From positions 252,092,001 through 252,156,000 of the forward strand of contig OZ024741.1 in the NCBI GenBank assembly GCA_964016885.1: a DNA stretch of 64,000 bases, given 5' to 3'. The notes below the pieces were generated by a model that did not search any database, was not told where the DNA came from, and saw nothing but the letters and a program-made list of their open reading frames with translations. The position numbers and the translations under genes were made by a program. This document shows, piece by piece, positions 36,001-50,836 of the stretch. The DNA is from Eledone cirrhosa (Eukaryota). Numbering within the stretch: the stretch's first letter is position 1; each line of letters opens with the position of its first letter.

Positions 36001-39000
36001 CATAATACAAAACTACACTATACCACACCACACTACACTATAACACATTTCTCTACACACCACCTCATAATACAAAACTACACTATACCACACCACACCA
36101 CACTACAGTATAACACAACTCTCTACACATCACCTCATAATACAAAACTACACTATACCACACCACACCACACTACACTATAACACAACTCTCTACACAT
36201 CACCTTATAATACAAAACTACACTATACCACACCACACTACACTATAACACAACTCTCTGCACATCACCTCATAATACAAAACTACACTATACCACACCA
36301 CACTACACTATAACACAACTCACTACACATCACCTCATAATACAAAACTACACTATACCACACCACACCACACTACACTATAACACAACTCACTACACAT
36401 CACCTCATAATACAAAACTACACTATACCACACCACACCACACTACACTATAACACAACTCTCTACACGTCACCCCATAATACAAAACTACACTATACCA
36501 CGCCACACCACACTATAACACAACTCTCTACACATCACCTCATAATACAAAACTTCACTATACCAGACCACACCACACTACACTATAACACAATTTTCTA
36601 CACGTCACCTCATAATACAAAACTACACTATACCACACCACACCACACTACACTATAACACAACTCTCTACACGTCACCTCATAATACAAAACTACACTA
36701 TACCACACCACACCACACTACACTATAACACAACTCTCTAAACGTCACCCCATAATACAAAACTACACTATACCACACCACACTACACTATACTATAACA
36801 CAACTCTCTACACATCACCTCATAATACAAAACTACACTATACCACACCACACTACACTATACTATAACACAACTCTCTACACATCACCTCATAATACAA
36901 AACTACACTATACCACACCACACCACACTACACTATAACACAACTCTCTGCACATCACCTCATAATACAAAACTACACTATACCACACCACACCACACTA
37001 CACTATAACACAACTCTCTACACATCACCTCATAATACAAAACTACACTATACCACACCACACTACACTATAACACAACTCTCTACACGTCACCTCATAA
37101 TACAAAACTACACTATACCACACCACACCACACTATAACACAACTCTCTACACGTCACCTCATAATACAAAACTACACTATACCACACCACACCACACTA
37201 TAACACAACTCTCTACACGTCACCTCATAATACAAAACTACACTATACCACACCACACTACACTATAACACAACTCTCTACACATCACCTCATAATACAA
37301 AACTACACTATACCACACCACACTACACTATAACTCAACTCTCTACACGTCACCTCATAATACAAAACTACACTATTCCACACCACACCACACTACACTA
37401 TAACACAACTCTCTACACATCACCTCATAATACAAAACTACACTATACCACACCACACTACACTTTAACACAATTCTCTACACATCACCTCATAATACAA
37501 AACTACACTATACCACACCACACTACGCTATAACACAACTCTCTACACATCACTTCATAATACGAAACTACACTATACCACACCACACTACACTATAACA
37601 CAACTCTCTACACATCACCTCATAATACAAAACTACACTATACCACACCACACCACACTACACTATAACACAATTCTCTACACGTCACCTCATGATACAA
37701 AACTACACTATACCACACCACACTACACTATAACACAACTCTCTACACATCACCTCATAATACAAAACTACACTATACCACACCACACTACACTATAACA
37801 CAACTCTCTACACATCACCTCATAATACAAAACTACACTATACCACACCACACTACACTTTAACACAATTCTCTACACATCACCTCATAATACAAAACTA
37901 CACTATACCACACCACACTACACTATAACACATTTCTCTACACATCACCTCATAATACAAAACTACACTATACCACACCACACTACACTATAACACAACT
38001 CTCTACACATCACCTCATAATACAAAACTACACTATACCACACCACACTACACTATAACACAACTCTCTACGCATCACCTCATAATACAAAACTACACTA
38101 TACCACACCACACTACACTATAACACAACTCTCTACACGTCACCTCATAATTCAAAACTACACTATACCACACCACACTACACTATAACACAACTCTCTA
38201 CACATCACCTCATATTACAAAACTACACTATACCACACCACACCACACTACACTATAACACAACTCTCTACACATCACCTCATAATACAAAACTACACTA
38301 TACCACACGACACTACACTATAAACACAACTCTCTACACGTCACCTCATAATACAAAACTACACTATACCACACCACACTACACTTTAACACAATTCTCT
38401 ACACATCACCTCATAATACAAAACTACACTATACCACACCACACTACGCTATAACACAACTCTCTACACATCACTTCATAATACGAAACTACACTATACC
38501 ACACCACACTACACTATAACACAACTCTCTACACATCACCTCATAATACAAAACTACACTATACCACACCACACCACACTACACTATAACACAATTCTCT
38601 ACACGTCACCTCATGATACAAAACTACACTATACCACACCACACTACACTATAACACAACTCTCTACACATCACCTCATAATACAAAACTACACTATACC
38701 ACACCACACTACACTATAACACAACTCTCTACACATCACCTCATAATACAAAACTACACTATACCACACCACACTACACTTTAACACAATTCTCTACACA
38801 TCACCTCATAATACAAAACTACACTATACCACACCACACTACACTATAACACATTTCTCTACACATCACCTCATAATACAAAACTACACTATACCACACC
38901 ACACTACACTATAACACAACTCTCTACACATCACCTCATAATACAAAACTACACTATACCACACCACACTACACTATAACACAACTCTCTACGCATCACC

Positions 39001-42000
39001 TCATAATACAAAACTACACTATACCACACCACACTACACTATAACACAACTCTCTACACGTCACCTCATAATTCAAAACTACACTATACCACACCACACT
39101 ACACTATAACACAACTCTCTACACATCACCTCATATTACAAAACTACACTATACCACACCACACCACACTACACTATAACACAACTCTCTACACATCACC
39201 TCATAATACAAAACTACACTATACCACACGACACTACACTATAACACAACTCTCTACACGTCACCTCATAATACAAAACTACACTATACCACACCACACT
39301 ACACTACACTATAACACAACTCTCTACACATCACCTCATAATACAAAACTACACTATACCACACCACACTACACTATAACACAATTCTCTACACATCACC
39401 TTATAAATCAAAACTACACTATACCACACCACACTACACTATAACACAACTCTCTACACGTCACCTCATAATACAAAACTACACTATACCACACCACACT
39501 ACACTACACTATAACACAACTCTTTACACGTCACCTCATAATACAAAACTACACTATACCACACCACACTACACTATAACACAACTCTCTACACATCACC
39601 TCATAATACAAAACTACACTATACCACACCACTCTACACTACACTATAACACAACTCTCTACACATCACCTCATAATACAAAACTACACTATACCACACC
39701 ACACTACACTATAACACAACACTCTACACATCACCTCATAATACAAAACTACACTATACCACACCAGACCACACTACACTATAACACAACTCTCTACACG
39801 TCACCTCATAATACAAAACTACGCTATACCACACCACACTACACTATAACACAACTCTCTACACGTCACCTCATAATACAAAACTACACTATACCACACC
39901 ACACTACACTATAACACAACTCCCTACACGTCACCTCATAATACAAAACTACACTATACCACACCACACTACACTATAACACAACTCTCTACACATCACC
40001 TCATAATACAAAACTACACTATACCGCACTACACTACACTACACTATAACACAACTCTCTACACATCACCTCATAATACAAAACTACACTATACCACACC
40101 ACACTACACTATAACGCAATTCTCTACACATCACCTCATAATACAAAACTACACTATACCATACCACACCACACTACACTATAACACAACTCTCTACACA
40201 TCACCTCATAATACAAAACTACACTATACCACACCAGACCACACTACACTATAACACAACACTCTACACGTCACCTCATAATACAAAACTACACTATACC
40301 ACACCACACTACACTATAACACAACTCTCTACACGTCACCTCATAATACAAAACTACACTATACCACACCACACCACACTACACTATAACACAATTCTCT
40401 ACACATCACCTCATAATACAAAACTACACTATACCACACCACACTACACTACACTATAACACAACTCTCTACACATCACCTCATAATACAAAACTACACT
40501 ATACCACACCACACTACACTATAACACAACTCTCTACACGTCACCTCATAATACAAAACTACACTATACCACACCACACTACACTATAACACAACTCTCT
40601 ACATGTCACCTCATAATACAAAACTACACTATACCACACCACACCACACTACACTATAACACAACACTCTACACATCACCTCATAATACAAAACTACACT
40701 ATACCACACCACACCACACTACACTATAACACAACTCTCTACACATCACCTCATAATACAAAACTACACTATACCACACCACACTACACTATAACACAAC
40801 TCTCTACACGTCACCTCATAATACAAAACTACACTATACCACACCACACTACACTATAACACAACTCACTACACATCACCTCATAATACAAAACTACACT
40901 ATACCACACCAGACCACACCACACTACACTATAACACAACTCTCTACACGTCACCTCATAATACAAAACTACACTATACCACACCACACCACACTATAAC
41001 ACAACTATCTACACGTCACCTCATAATACAAAACTACACTATACCACACCACACCACACTATAACACAACTCTCTTCACGTCACATCATAATACAAAACT
41101 ACACTATACCACACCACACCACACTATAACACAATTCTCTACACGTCACCTCATAATACAAAACTACACTATACCACACCACACCGCACTACACTATAAC
41201 ACAACTCTCTACACGTCACCTCATAATACAAAACTACACTATACCACACCACACCACACTACACTATAACACAACTCTCTACACGTCACCCCATAATACA
41301 AAACTACACTATACCACACCACACTACACTATACTATAACACAACTCTCTACACATCACCTCATAATACAAAACTACACTATACCACACCACACTACACT
41401 ATACTATAACACAACTCTCTACACATCACCTCATAATACAAAACTACACTATACCACACCACACCACACTACACTATAACACAACTCTCTGCACATCACC
41501 TCATAATACAAAACTACACTATACCACACCACACCACACTACACTATAACACAACTCTCTACACATCACCTCATAATACAAAACTACACTATACCACACT
41601 ACACTATAACACAACTCTCTACACGTCACCTCATAATACAAAACTACACTATACCACACCACACCACACTACACTATAACACAACTCTCTACACGTCACC
41701 TCATAATACAAAACTACACTATACCACACCACACCACACTATAACACAACTCTCTACACGTCACCTCATAATACAAAACTACACTATACCACACCACGCC
41801 ACACTATAACACAACTCTCTACACGTCACCTCATAATACAAAACTACACTATACCACACCACACTACACTATAACACAACTCTCTACACATCACATCATA
41901 ATACAAAACTACACTATACCACACCACACTACACTATAACACAACTCTCTACACGTCACCTCATAATACAAAACTACACTATACCACACCACACCAAACT

Positions 42001-45000
42001 ACACTATAACACAATTCTCTACACGTCACCTCATGATACAAAACTACACTATACCACACCACACTACACTATAACACAACTCTCTACACATCACCTCATA
42101 ATACAAAACTACACTATACCACACCACACTACACTATAACACAACTCTCTACACATCACCTCATAATACAAAACTACACTATACCACACCACACCACACT
42201 ACACTATAACACAACACTCTACACATCACCTCATAATACAAAACTACACTATACCACACCATACACACTATAACACATTTCTCTACACATCACCTCATAA
42301 TACAAAACTACACTATAGCACACCACACTACACTATAACACAACTCTCTACACATCACCTCATAATACAAAACTACACTATACCACACCACACTACACTA
42401 TAACACATTTCTCTACACATCACCTCATAATACAAAACTACACTATACCACACCACACTACACTATAACACAACTCTCTACACATCACCTCATAATACAA
42501 AACTACACTATACCACACCACACTACACTATAACACAACTCTCTACACATCACCTCATAATACAAAACTACACTATACCACACCACACTACACTATAACA
42601 CAACTCTCTACACGTCACCTCATAATACAAAACTACACTATACCACACCACACTACACTATAACACAACTCTCTACACATCACCTCATAATACAAAACTA
42701 CACTATACCACACGACACTACACTATAACACAACTCTCTACACGTCACCTCATAATACAAAACTACACTATACCACACCACACTACACTACACTATAACA
42801 CAACTCTCTACACGTCACCTCATAATACAAAACTACACTATACCACACCACACTACACTATAACACAACTCTCTACACATCACCTCATAATACAAAACTA
42901 CACTATACCACACCACTCTACACTACACTATAACACAACTCTCTACTATCACCTCATAATACAAAACTACACTATACCACACTACACTATAACACAATTC
43001 TCTACACATCACCTCATAATACAAAACTACACTATACCACACCACACCACTCTACACTATAACACAACTCTCTACACATCACCTCATAATACAAAACTAC
43101 ACTATACCACACCAGACCACACTACACTATAACACAACTCTCTACACGTCACCTCATAATACAAAACTACACTATACCACACCACACTACACTATAACAC
43201 AACTCTCTACACGTCACCTCATAATACAAAACTACACTATACCACACCACACCACACTACACTATAACACAACTCTCTACACGTCACCTCATAATACAAA
43301 ACTACACTATACCACACCACACTACACTATAACACAATTCTCTACACATCACCTCATAATACAAAACTACACTATACCATACCACACCACACTACACTAT
43401 AACACAACTCTCTACACATCACCTCATAATACAAAACTACACTATACCACACCAGACCACACTACACTATAACACAACTCTCTACACGTCACCTCATAAT
43501 ACAAAACTACACTATACCACACCACACTACACTATAACACAACTCTCTACACATCACCTCATAATACAAAACTACACTATACCCCACCACACTACACTAT
43601 AACACAACTCTCTACACATCACCTCATAATACAAAACTACACTATACCACACCACACTACACTATAACACAACTCTCTACACGTCACCTCATAATACAAA
43701 ACTACACTATACCACACCACACTACACTATAACACAACTCTCTACACATCACCTCATAATACAAAACTACACTATACCACACCACACCACACTACACTAT
43801 AACACAACTCTCTACACATCACCTCATAATACAAAACTACACTATACCACACGACACTACACTATAACACAACTCTCTACACGTCACCTCATAATACAAA
43901 ACTACACTATACCACACCACACTACACTACACTATAACACAACTCTCTACACATCACCTCATAATACAAAACTACACTATACCACACCACACTACACTAT
44001 AACACAACTCTCTACACGTCACCTCATAATACAAAACTACACTATACCACACCACACTACACTACACTATAACACAACTCTCTACACGGCACCTCATAAT
44101 ACAAAACTACACTATACCACACCACACTACACTATAACACAACTCTCTACACATCACCTCATAATACAAAACTACACTATACCACACCACACTACACTAC
44201 ACTATAACACAACTCTCTACACATCACCTCATAATACAAAACTACACTATACCACACCACACTACACTATAACACAATTCTCTACACATCACCTCATAAT
44301 ACAAAACTACACTATACCACACCACACCACACTACACTATAACACAACTCTCTACACGTCACCTCATAATACAAAACTACACTATACCACACCACACTAC
44401 ACTATAACACAACTCTCTACACATCACCTCATAATACAAAACTACACTATAACACACCACACTACACTACACTATAACACAACTCTCTACACATCACCTC
44501 ATAATACAAAACTACACTATACCACACCACACTACACTATAACACAATTCTCTACACATCACCTCATAATACAAAACTACACTATACCATACCACACCAC
44601 ACTACACTATAACACAACTCTCTACACATCACCTCATAATACAAAACTACACTATACCACACCAGACCACACTACACTATAACACAACTCTCTACACGTC
44701 ACCTCATAATACAAAACTACACTATACCACACCACACTACACTATAACACAACTCTCTACACGTCACCTCATAATACAAAACTACACTATACCACACCAC
44801 ACCACACTACACTATAACACAATTCTCTACACATCACCTCATAATACAAAACTACACTATACCACACCACACTACACTACACTATAACACAACTCTCTAC
44901 ACATCACCTCATAATACAAAACTACATTATACCACACCACACTACACTATAACACAACTCTCTACACGTCACCTCATTATACAAAACTACACTATACCAC

Positions 45001-46237
45001 ACCACACTACACTATAACACAACTCTCTACACGTCACCTCATAATACAAAACTACACTATACCACACCACACCACACTACACTATAACACAACTCTCTAC
45101 ACATCACCTCATAATACAAAACTACACTATACCACACCACACCACACTACACTATAACACAACTCTCTACACATCACCTCATAATACAAAACTACACTAT
45201 ACCACACCACACTACACTATAACACAACTCTCTACACGTCACCTCATAATACAAAACTACACTATACCACACCACACTACACTATAACACAACTCTCTAC
45301 ACATCACCTCATAATACAAAACTACACTATACCACACCACACCACACTACACTATAACACAACTCTCTACACATCACCTTATAATACAAAACTACACTAT
45401 ACCACACCACACTACACTATAACACAACTCTCTACACATCACCTTATAATACAAAACTACACTATACCACACCATACTTCACTATAACACAACTCTCTAC
45501 ACATCACCTCATAATACAAAACTACACTATACCACACCACACCACACTACACTATAACACAACTCTCTACACATCACCTTATAATACAAAACTACTCTAT
45601 ACCACACCATACTTCACTATAACACAACTCTCTACATGTCACCTCATAATACAAAACTACACTATACCACACCACACTACACTATAACACAACTCTCTAC
45701 ACATCACCTTATAATACAAAACTACACTATACCACACCACACTACACTATAACACAACTCTCTACACATCACCTCATAATACAAAACTACACTATACCAC
45801 ACCACACTACACTATAACACAACTCTCTACACGTCACCTCATAATACAAAACTACACTATACCACACCACACTACACTATAACACAACTCTCTACACATC
45901 ACCTCATAATACAAAACTACACTATACCACACCACACTACACTATAACACAATTCTCTACACATCACCTTATAATACGAAACTACACTATACCACACCAC
46001 ACTACACTATAACACAACTCTCTACACGTCACCTCATAATACAAAACTACACTATACCACACCACACTACACTATAACACAACTCTCTACATATCACCTC
46101 ATAATACAAAACTACACTATACCACACCACACTACACTACACTATAACACAACTCTCTACACATCACCTCATAATACAAAACTACACTATACCACACCAC
46201 ACTACACTATAACACAATTCTCTACACATCACCTCAT
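1..46237. repeat. Tandem satellite array, 65/70-bp monomer (occasional 60/75 bp) made of pentamers; open at the left window edge
   Basis: Monomer C(G/A)TCA-CCTCA-TAATA-CAAAA-CTACA-CTATA-CCACA-CCACA-[CCACA]-CTACA-CTATA-ACACA-ACTCT-CTACA repeats without interruption. Length varies almost only in 5-bp steps; the + strand is nearly G-free. Confidence 0.99.
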
Positions 46238-47006
46238 TTTGGGAGTAAAAACCCAGCGTCCACATACTCCCTCCACAGCACTAATATCAAGAAGTCTTCC
46301 TGTGAACGTGACCTGGGCATTACGGTCAGCAGCGATTTGCGTTGGACGAGGCACGTCTCTAAAATTGTCAAGAGGGCCGAGGGTGTCTTAGCATCACTCA
46401 GCAAGACCTTTGTCAGCCGCTCTCCAGATATCTATTTAAGGCTGTATACAGCTATGGTGCGACCACACTTAGAATTTGCATCACCAGTCTGGAACCCCTA
46501 TCTTGCTCAGGACATTGACCGCCTGGAAACTGTTCAGAGACGTGCAACCAAGTGAATACCCTCCATCAGGCATCTACCATACTCTGATCGCCTTGCTTCC
46601 CTGGGCATGGATTCATTGAAGCTCCGACGCCTGGCAACTGACTTGGTAAACACCCACAAAATTGTTAACCATGTTGCCAACAACAACCCTGAGTGCCTTT
46701 TCGATTTCCATGTGTCTAACACACGTGGACATGCCCACAAAGTAAGAAAACAGCACAGTTCCCATGACTTTCGGAAACATTTTTTCACGCTCAGAGTTGC
46801 TGAAGCATGGAACAAACTACCTGCATCAGTTGTTAGCTGTCGAGACACTGCATCCTTTAAGGCCTCCATGCTTCCCGAGATCCGCCAACACTACAGCTAA
46901 CACATACAAACATGTACTTCCCTGGCATTTGTGTATTATTCTATGTACTATATTGACGAGTTGTAGTGCACCTGAGCACTTTACACAATAATTTCATTAT
47001 TATTAT
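46238..47006 (+). mobile_element. 5'-truncated CR1-clade LINE (ORF2 C-terminus, 3' UTR, (ATT)n tail) inserted in the satellite
   Basis: One frame 46235-46900 reads HFGSKNP...ERDLGITVSSDLRW...YTAMVRPHLEFASPVWNP...LETVQRRATK*IPSIRHLPYSDRL...TRGH...RKHFFTLRVAEAWNKLP, typical CR1 ORF2 end motifs. Single TGA at 46553-46555. Tail ATTATTATTAT at 46996-47006; the satellite resumes in register at 47007. Confidence 0.92.
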
Positions 47007-47468
47007 AATACAAAACTACACTATACCACACCACACTACACTACACTATAACACAACTCTCTACACATCACCTCATAATACAAAACTACACTATACCACA
47101 CCACACCACACTACACTATAACACAACTCTCTACACGTCACCTCATAATACAAAACTACACTATACCACACCACACTACACTATAACACAACTCTCTACA
47201 CATCACCTCATAATACAAAACTACACTAAACCACACCACACTACACTATAACACAACTCTCTACATGTCACCTCATAATACAAAACTACACTATACCACA
47301 CCACACTACACTATAACACAACTCTCTACACATCACCTCATAATACAAAACTACACTATACCACACCACACCACACTACACTATAACACAACTCTCTACA
47401 CATCACCTCATAATACAAAACTACACTATACCACACCACACCACACTACACTACACTATAACACAACT
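47007..47468. repeat. Terminal ~7 monomers of the satellite, right of the LINE
   Basis: Same monomer, ending at ...CTATAACACAACT. Confidence 0.97.
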
Positions 47469-47553
47469 TTCCATACAACACTACATGATACAAAACAACA
47501 CAAAATGACACCACATCATACATCACTACACTACATACTTCACAACGCTACAT
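47469..47553. repeat. Degenerate pentamer tract at the array edge
   Basis: CCATA CAACA CTACA TGATA CAAAA CAACA CAAAA TGACA CCACA TCATA CATCA CTACA CTACA: 5-bp register kept, monomer order lost. Confidence 0.8.
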
Positions 47554-47632
47554 CATGGGTTTTGTATTTTGAAGTTCCTCTCCCAGGCACAAGACCAGGC
47601 AAAGTGTTTTTTGTGAAAGACAAGCAGTTGTC
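47554..47632 (-). mobile_element. Fragment of SINE family A (3' part)
   Basis: CATGGG...GAAGTTCCTCTCCCAGGCACAAGACCAGGCAAAG aligns by eye with 58771-58845 and with the reverse complement of 50365-50445. Confidence 0.6.
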
Positions 47633-47639
47633 GATGTAT

Positions 47640-48039
47640 ACCAGTCTGGATAGAAATGAAGCAGCCATGCTTCATTAGATGTGCAATGTAAATGTGAGAG
47701 AAAGGTAGAGCCTTGCATGAACTAAGGTAAAACTGGGTTTAAGAGGAATACAAAGTGACATGCAGGAGAGGTTACTGTATTGGTATGGACATGTAAAACA
47801 CATGGATGATGATCACTGGGTGAAGAAGTGCAAGGAAATCCCAGTGGAAGGAAGTCACAGTGGAGGTAGACCAAGGAATATTTGGGTAAAGGTTGTTAGA
47901 GCTGACCTCAAATTGCTGAAACTCACAAAGTAGATAATGAAAGAATGTAGTGAGTGGAAAGATGATGTACTGAGAAGGACCCATCCAAACAATGCCAGCA
48001 TGGAAAAATGGATGTAAAAACGACGATGATGATAATGAT
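47640..48039 (+). mobile_element. Degenerate RTE LINE 3' end with (GAT)n tail
   Basis: Interrupted frame LDRNEAAML.MC...QERLLYWYGHVKHMDDDHWVKKC...GRPRNIWVKVVRADLK; ends CCATCCAAACAATGCCAGCATGGAAAAATGGATGTAAAAACGACGATGATGAT. Confidence 0.85.
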
Positions 48040-48440
48040 ATATATATGCACTCACACTTACAGATACCTATATCACATATAGCCTACATGTATGTAATGA
48101 TATCTGATAACTTATCATATATATATTATAAAATCAAAACCTACAATAACATTTATGACATATGATACAGAAAGCTGATGTTGCAATCAAGATATAATAA
48201 TGCTTATAATGTATACAATATACATATAATGTATACAATAGAGATATGACGATATACACAATACATTCAAAAGTATATAGCAATTAAGATATGATAATGC
48301 ACACAGTATACAATGATATATAGCAATAAAAATATAACATACATAATATACAATATGAGATTGTAATAAAGATGTGATAACATACACAATATAGAATGCT
48401 GTATTGCAAGAATATATATGATATAGATAATATATAATTG
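48040..48440. repeat. AT-rich low-complexity tract (degenerate ATATA-type repeats)
   Basis: Dominated by ATAT/ATAC/ATAG words; the ORFs here are Y/I-rich artefacts. Confidence 0.6.
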
Positions 48441-48669
48441 CTCTAAATTCACCGTGAATATCCAACATGGTAGAATAGGCGAAAATTGTGAAATATTTAA
48501 CGTTTTGGTAGCCATTTTGGAAGCTGAAATAAAAGAAGGAAGAATTATTTTAAAATATTATTTAGGAATTATGCTAAATTCTTTCAATAAACAACAAAAC
48601 GAATTAGAAAAAAACAAGAAGAGCACAGTTAAAGAAATTTAACAAATATTCAAAATATATTCATCAACA

Positions 48670-48900
48670 GCAAGATAAATCCATTCTTCTCCACAGCAAG
48701 AGATCATAGCTCCCATATTGCGGGTATGTGGTTAAAATATCTAAAGAAAGAATCGCAAGTCAGATTTTATGGGCAAAACCGATCGGCATACCGATGGTTG
48801 GATAACATTCATGAGCTTGGCTGGTTTCCATTTGGAAACAGCACTTCTGATAGGACCCTCTGGAAGACATATCTGATTACTCTAACCTATGACCCTCTCA
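48670..48900 (+). mobile_element. Degenerate Rex3/RTE-like LINE 3' fragment
   Basis: ILLHSKRS*LPYCGYVV...RWLDNIH...DRTLWK; GATGGTTGGATAACAT and TAGGAC.CTCTGGA are shared with 63894-63985. Confidence 0.55.
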
Positions 48901-48919
48901 AGAATAAACAGGTGAATTG

Positions 48920-49210
48920 AAGAGACGGAGGGGACGGGGGGGGGGGAATGAGGGCAGAATTACGTGGAGAAGGGAGAATGAAAAGAAGGAGGAAGATAGG
49001 GAGCAGAAGAGTTATAGGGAGGAGAAGACAGAGAGGGGAGATGTGGGGCAGCAGGAGGATGATGAGGAGAAGGAGGAGGAAGGATGAAAGAGGGGAAAGA
49101 AAGAAAGAGGGGAAAGAGAAAAGAGGGGGAAGGAGGGAAGAGAGGAAGGAGGATGGTGAGGAAAATGAGGAGGAGGAGGAGGAGGAGGAGGAGGAGGAGG
49201 AGGAGGAAGG
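48920..49210. repeat. Polypurine (GA-rich) tract ending in (GAG)n
   Basis: Almost all G/A on +, a G run near 48936, and (GAG)n at ~49168-49207. Confidence 0.9.
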
Positions 49211-49849
49211 TGAAGTTTGGTGCCATATATCTTCACAGAAGCTTAGCAAGTAGTGAGGTTGTCAAAAATATATTTGTTGACAAGTGTTGAGAAGCCATGA
49301 TACACCAGTGCCAGCATAACCAAATGTTGGACATCCTTTCTTATACACAAAAACCACACTTCCAACCATGTCAATATGAGAACCAACACCAAATTATCTT
49401 CTGTTGTTTTCCATAAGAAGGGGAGCAAGGACAACATAGAAATGCAAACATTAGGAAGTTGAAACCCAGACATCTCTATGGTGCTCATGACAGGAAGCGA
49501 TGTGCAGATAGATTTGAAGGAGTTATCTGTGTTTCCAATGAAACAATGACACAGCAAATCTTTCATCAAGGATGTATGTGTGAGAGAAGGACCAAAGCTA
49601 AGAGGGAATTACATATCTTTAGCAGGAAGTAAAACACACCAGTGATTGCATTATTTGAGTGGTTACATCAACATCCTTTTGTGGTGGTTATATGGATGGC
49701 AGACAGACAAAGCATGGTACAAGTTGGGTAAAAAGAACACAAATACCTATATATATATACCTTCCTAGCATGGATGCGGCAGAACATCACTTGACTCTAA
49801 TGAAGGGTTGGAGGAAATGTCCCTCAGTATAAACTACTTGAAAAATAAT

Positions 49850-50039
49850 TGTTTCTACTTTTGGCACAAGGCCAGCAATTACCCAGTGTATTACTGGTAC
49901 TTTATTTTATTGACCCCATAAGGATGAAAGGCAAAGTTAACCTCGGTGGGATTTGAACTCAGAATGGCAAGGGCCGTAGCTCTATGTGTCAAAGCATGGT
50001 GTCCGACCCTCTACCGATACTGCCAATCCACCGCCCTAC
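49850..50039 (-). mobile_element. tRNA-derived SINE family S, full length, 19-bp TSD
   Basis: Minus strand starts GTAGGGCGGTGGATTGGCAG and has B-box GAGTTCAAATCCC; TSD AAACTACTTGAAAAATAAT at 49831-49849 and 50040-50058. Confidence 0.9.
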
Positions 50040-50134
50040 AAACTACTTGAAAAATAATAAATTTATATACATGTATATATGCATACATACACACATACAC
50101 ACACTCACACACACGCATACACATATTATATATA

Positions 50135-50460
50135 AAGGCAAATGGCTATGTGGATAGAGCATTAGGCTTGTAATCAAGAATTTGTGAGTTTGGTTCCCAG
50201 ACCAGTTGATGCATTGTGTCCTTGAAGCAAGACACTTTATTTCACGTTGCTCCAATTTACTCAGCTGTAGAAATGAGCTGCAACATAACTGGTACCAAGC
50301 TACATCAACCATTGCCTTTCCCTTGGACAACATCAATGGTGTGGAGAGGGGTGACTAATATGCATGGGTGACTGCTGGTCTTCCCAAAACAATCTTGCTT
50401 GGACTTGTGCCTCAGAAGGGAAACTTTCTAGGTGCCAATCCCATGTAACTGAAGGCATCT
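50135..50460 (+). mobile_element. tRNA-derived SINE family A
   Basis: tRNA-like head (TGGCTATGTGG...GAGTTTGGTTCCC) then GTGTCCTTGAAGCAAGACACTTTATTTCAC...CAGCTGTAGAAATGAG; homologous to 51280-51563 and the reverse of 58770-59298. Confidence 0.75.
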
Positions 50461-50470
50461 TTATCCTCTT

Positions 50471-50511
<41 letters not shown>

Positions 50512-50513
<2 letters not shown>

Positions 50514-50769
50514 CCATCCAGGCCGAAACAAATGAGGTCGTGTAGGTGTCACGACAAAAAAACACACAGTCCACGCTGTAATGTGGCCGTGTAGGCAACA
50601 CGGTAAAAACCTCCCAGACCCACACTGTAAATGTGGTTGGTGTTAGGAAGGGCATCCAACTGTAGAAAACCTGCCAGACAGTCCTATGCGAGCAAGACAA
50701 TCACTCTTGCCTCAAGTGGGACTACCCCCGTCCAAACCCATGCAAGCGTGGAACACGGACATTAAACGT

Positions 50770-50803
<34 letters not shown>
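50512..50803 (+). mobile_element. RTE 3'-end module (truncated RTE or non-autonomous derivative) in (TA)n
   Basis: Near-identical to 62583-62850; ends in (GAT)11; (TA)n on both sides. Confidence 0.85.
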
Positions 50804-50804
50804 A

Positions 50805-50835
<31 letters not shown>

Positions 50836-50836
<1 letters not shown>

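Noticed and set aside
46534-46991. 111-aa minus-strand ORF and 75-aa alternative-frame ORF
   Set aside because: Shadow frames of the CR1 ORF2.
1-47468. CRISPR-like array or repetitive protein gene
   Set aside because: No unique spacers and no cas genes; two TAA per monomer and mixed 65/70-bp lengths close the frames; the context is eukaryotic.
1-47468. Telomeric repeat
   Set aside because: The strand is C/A-rich, but there are no CCCTAA-type units and the monomer is 65-70 bp.
47265-47678. 137-aa His/Thr-rich ORF
   Set aside because: It starts at a chance CG-to-TG variant and reads through satellite, SINE and RTE fragments.
48887-49290. Poly-E/R/S/P/L ORFs
   Set aside because: Translations of a polypurine/(GAG)n tract in several frames.
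49260-49780. Possible very old LINE fragment
   Set aside because: Only faint peptide resemblance; family and boundaries cannot be supported.
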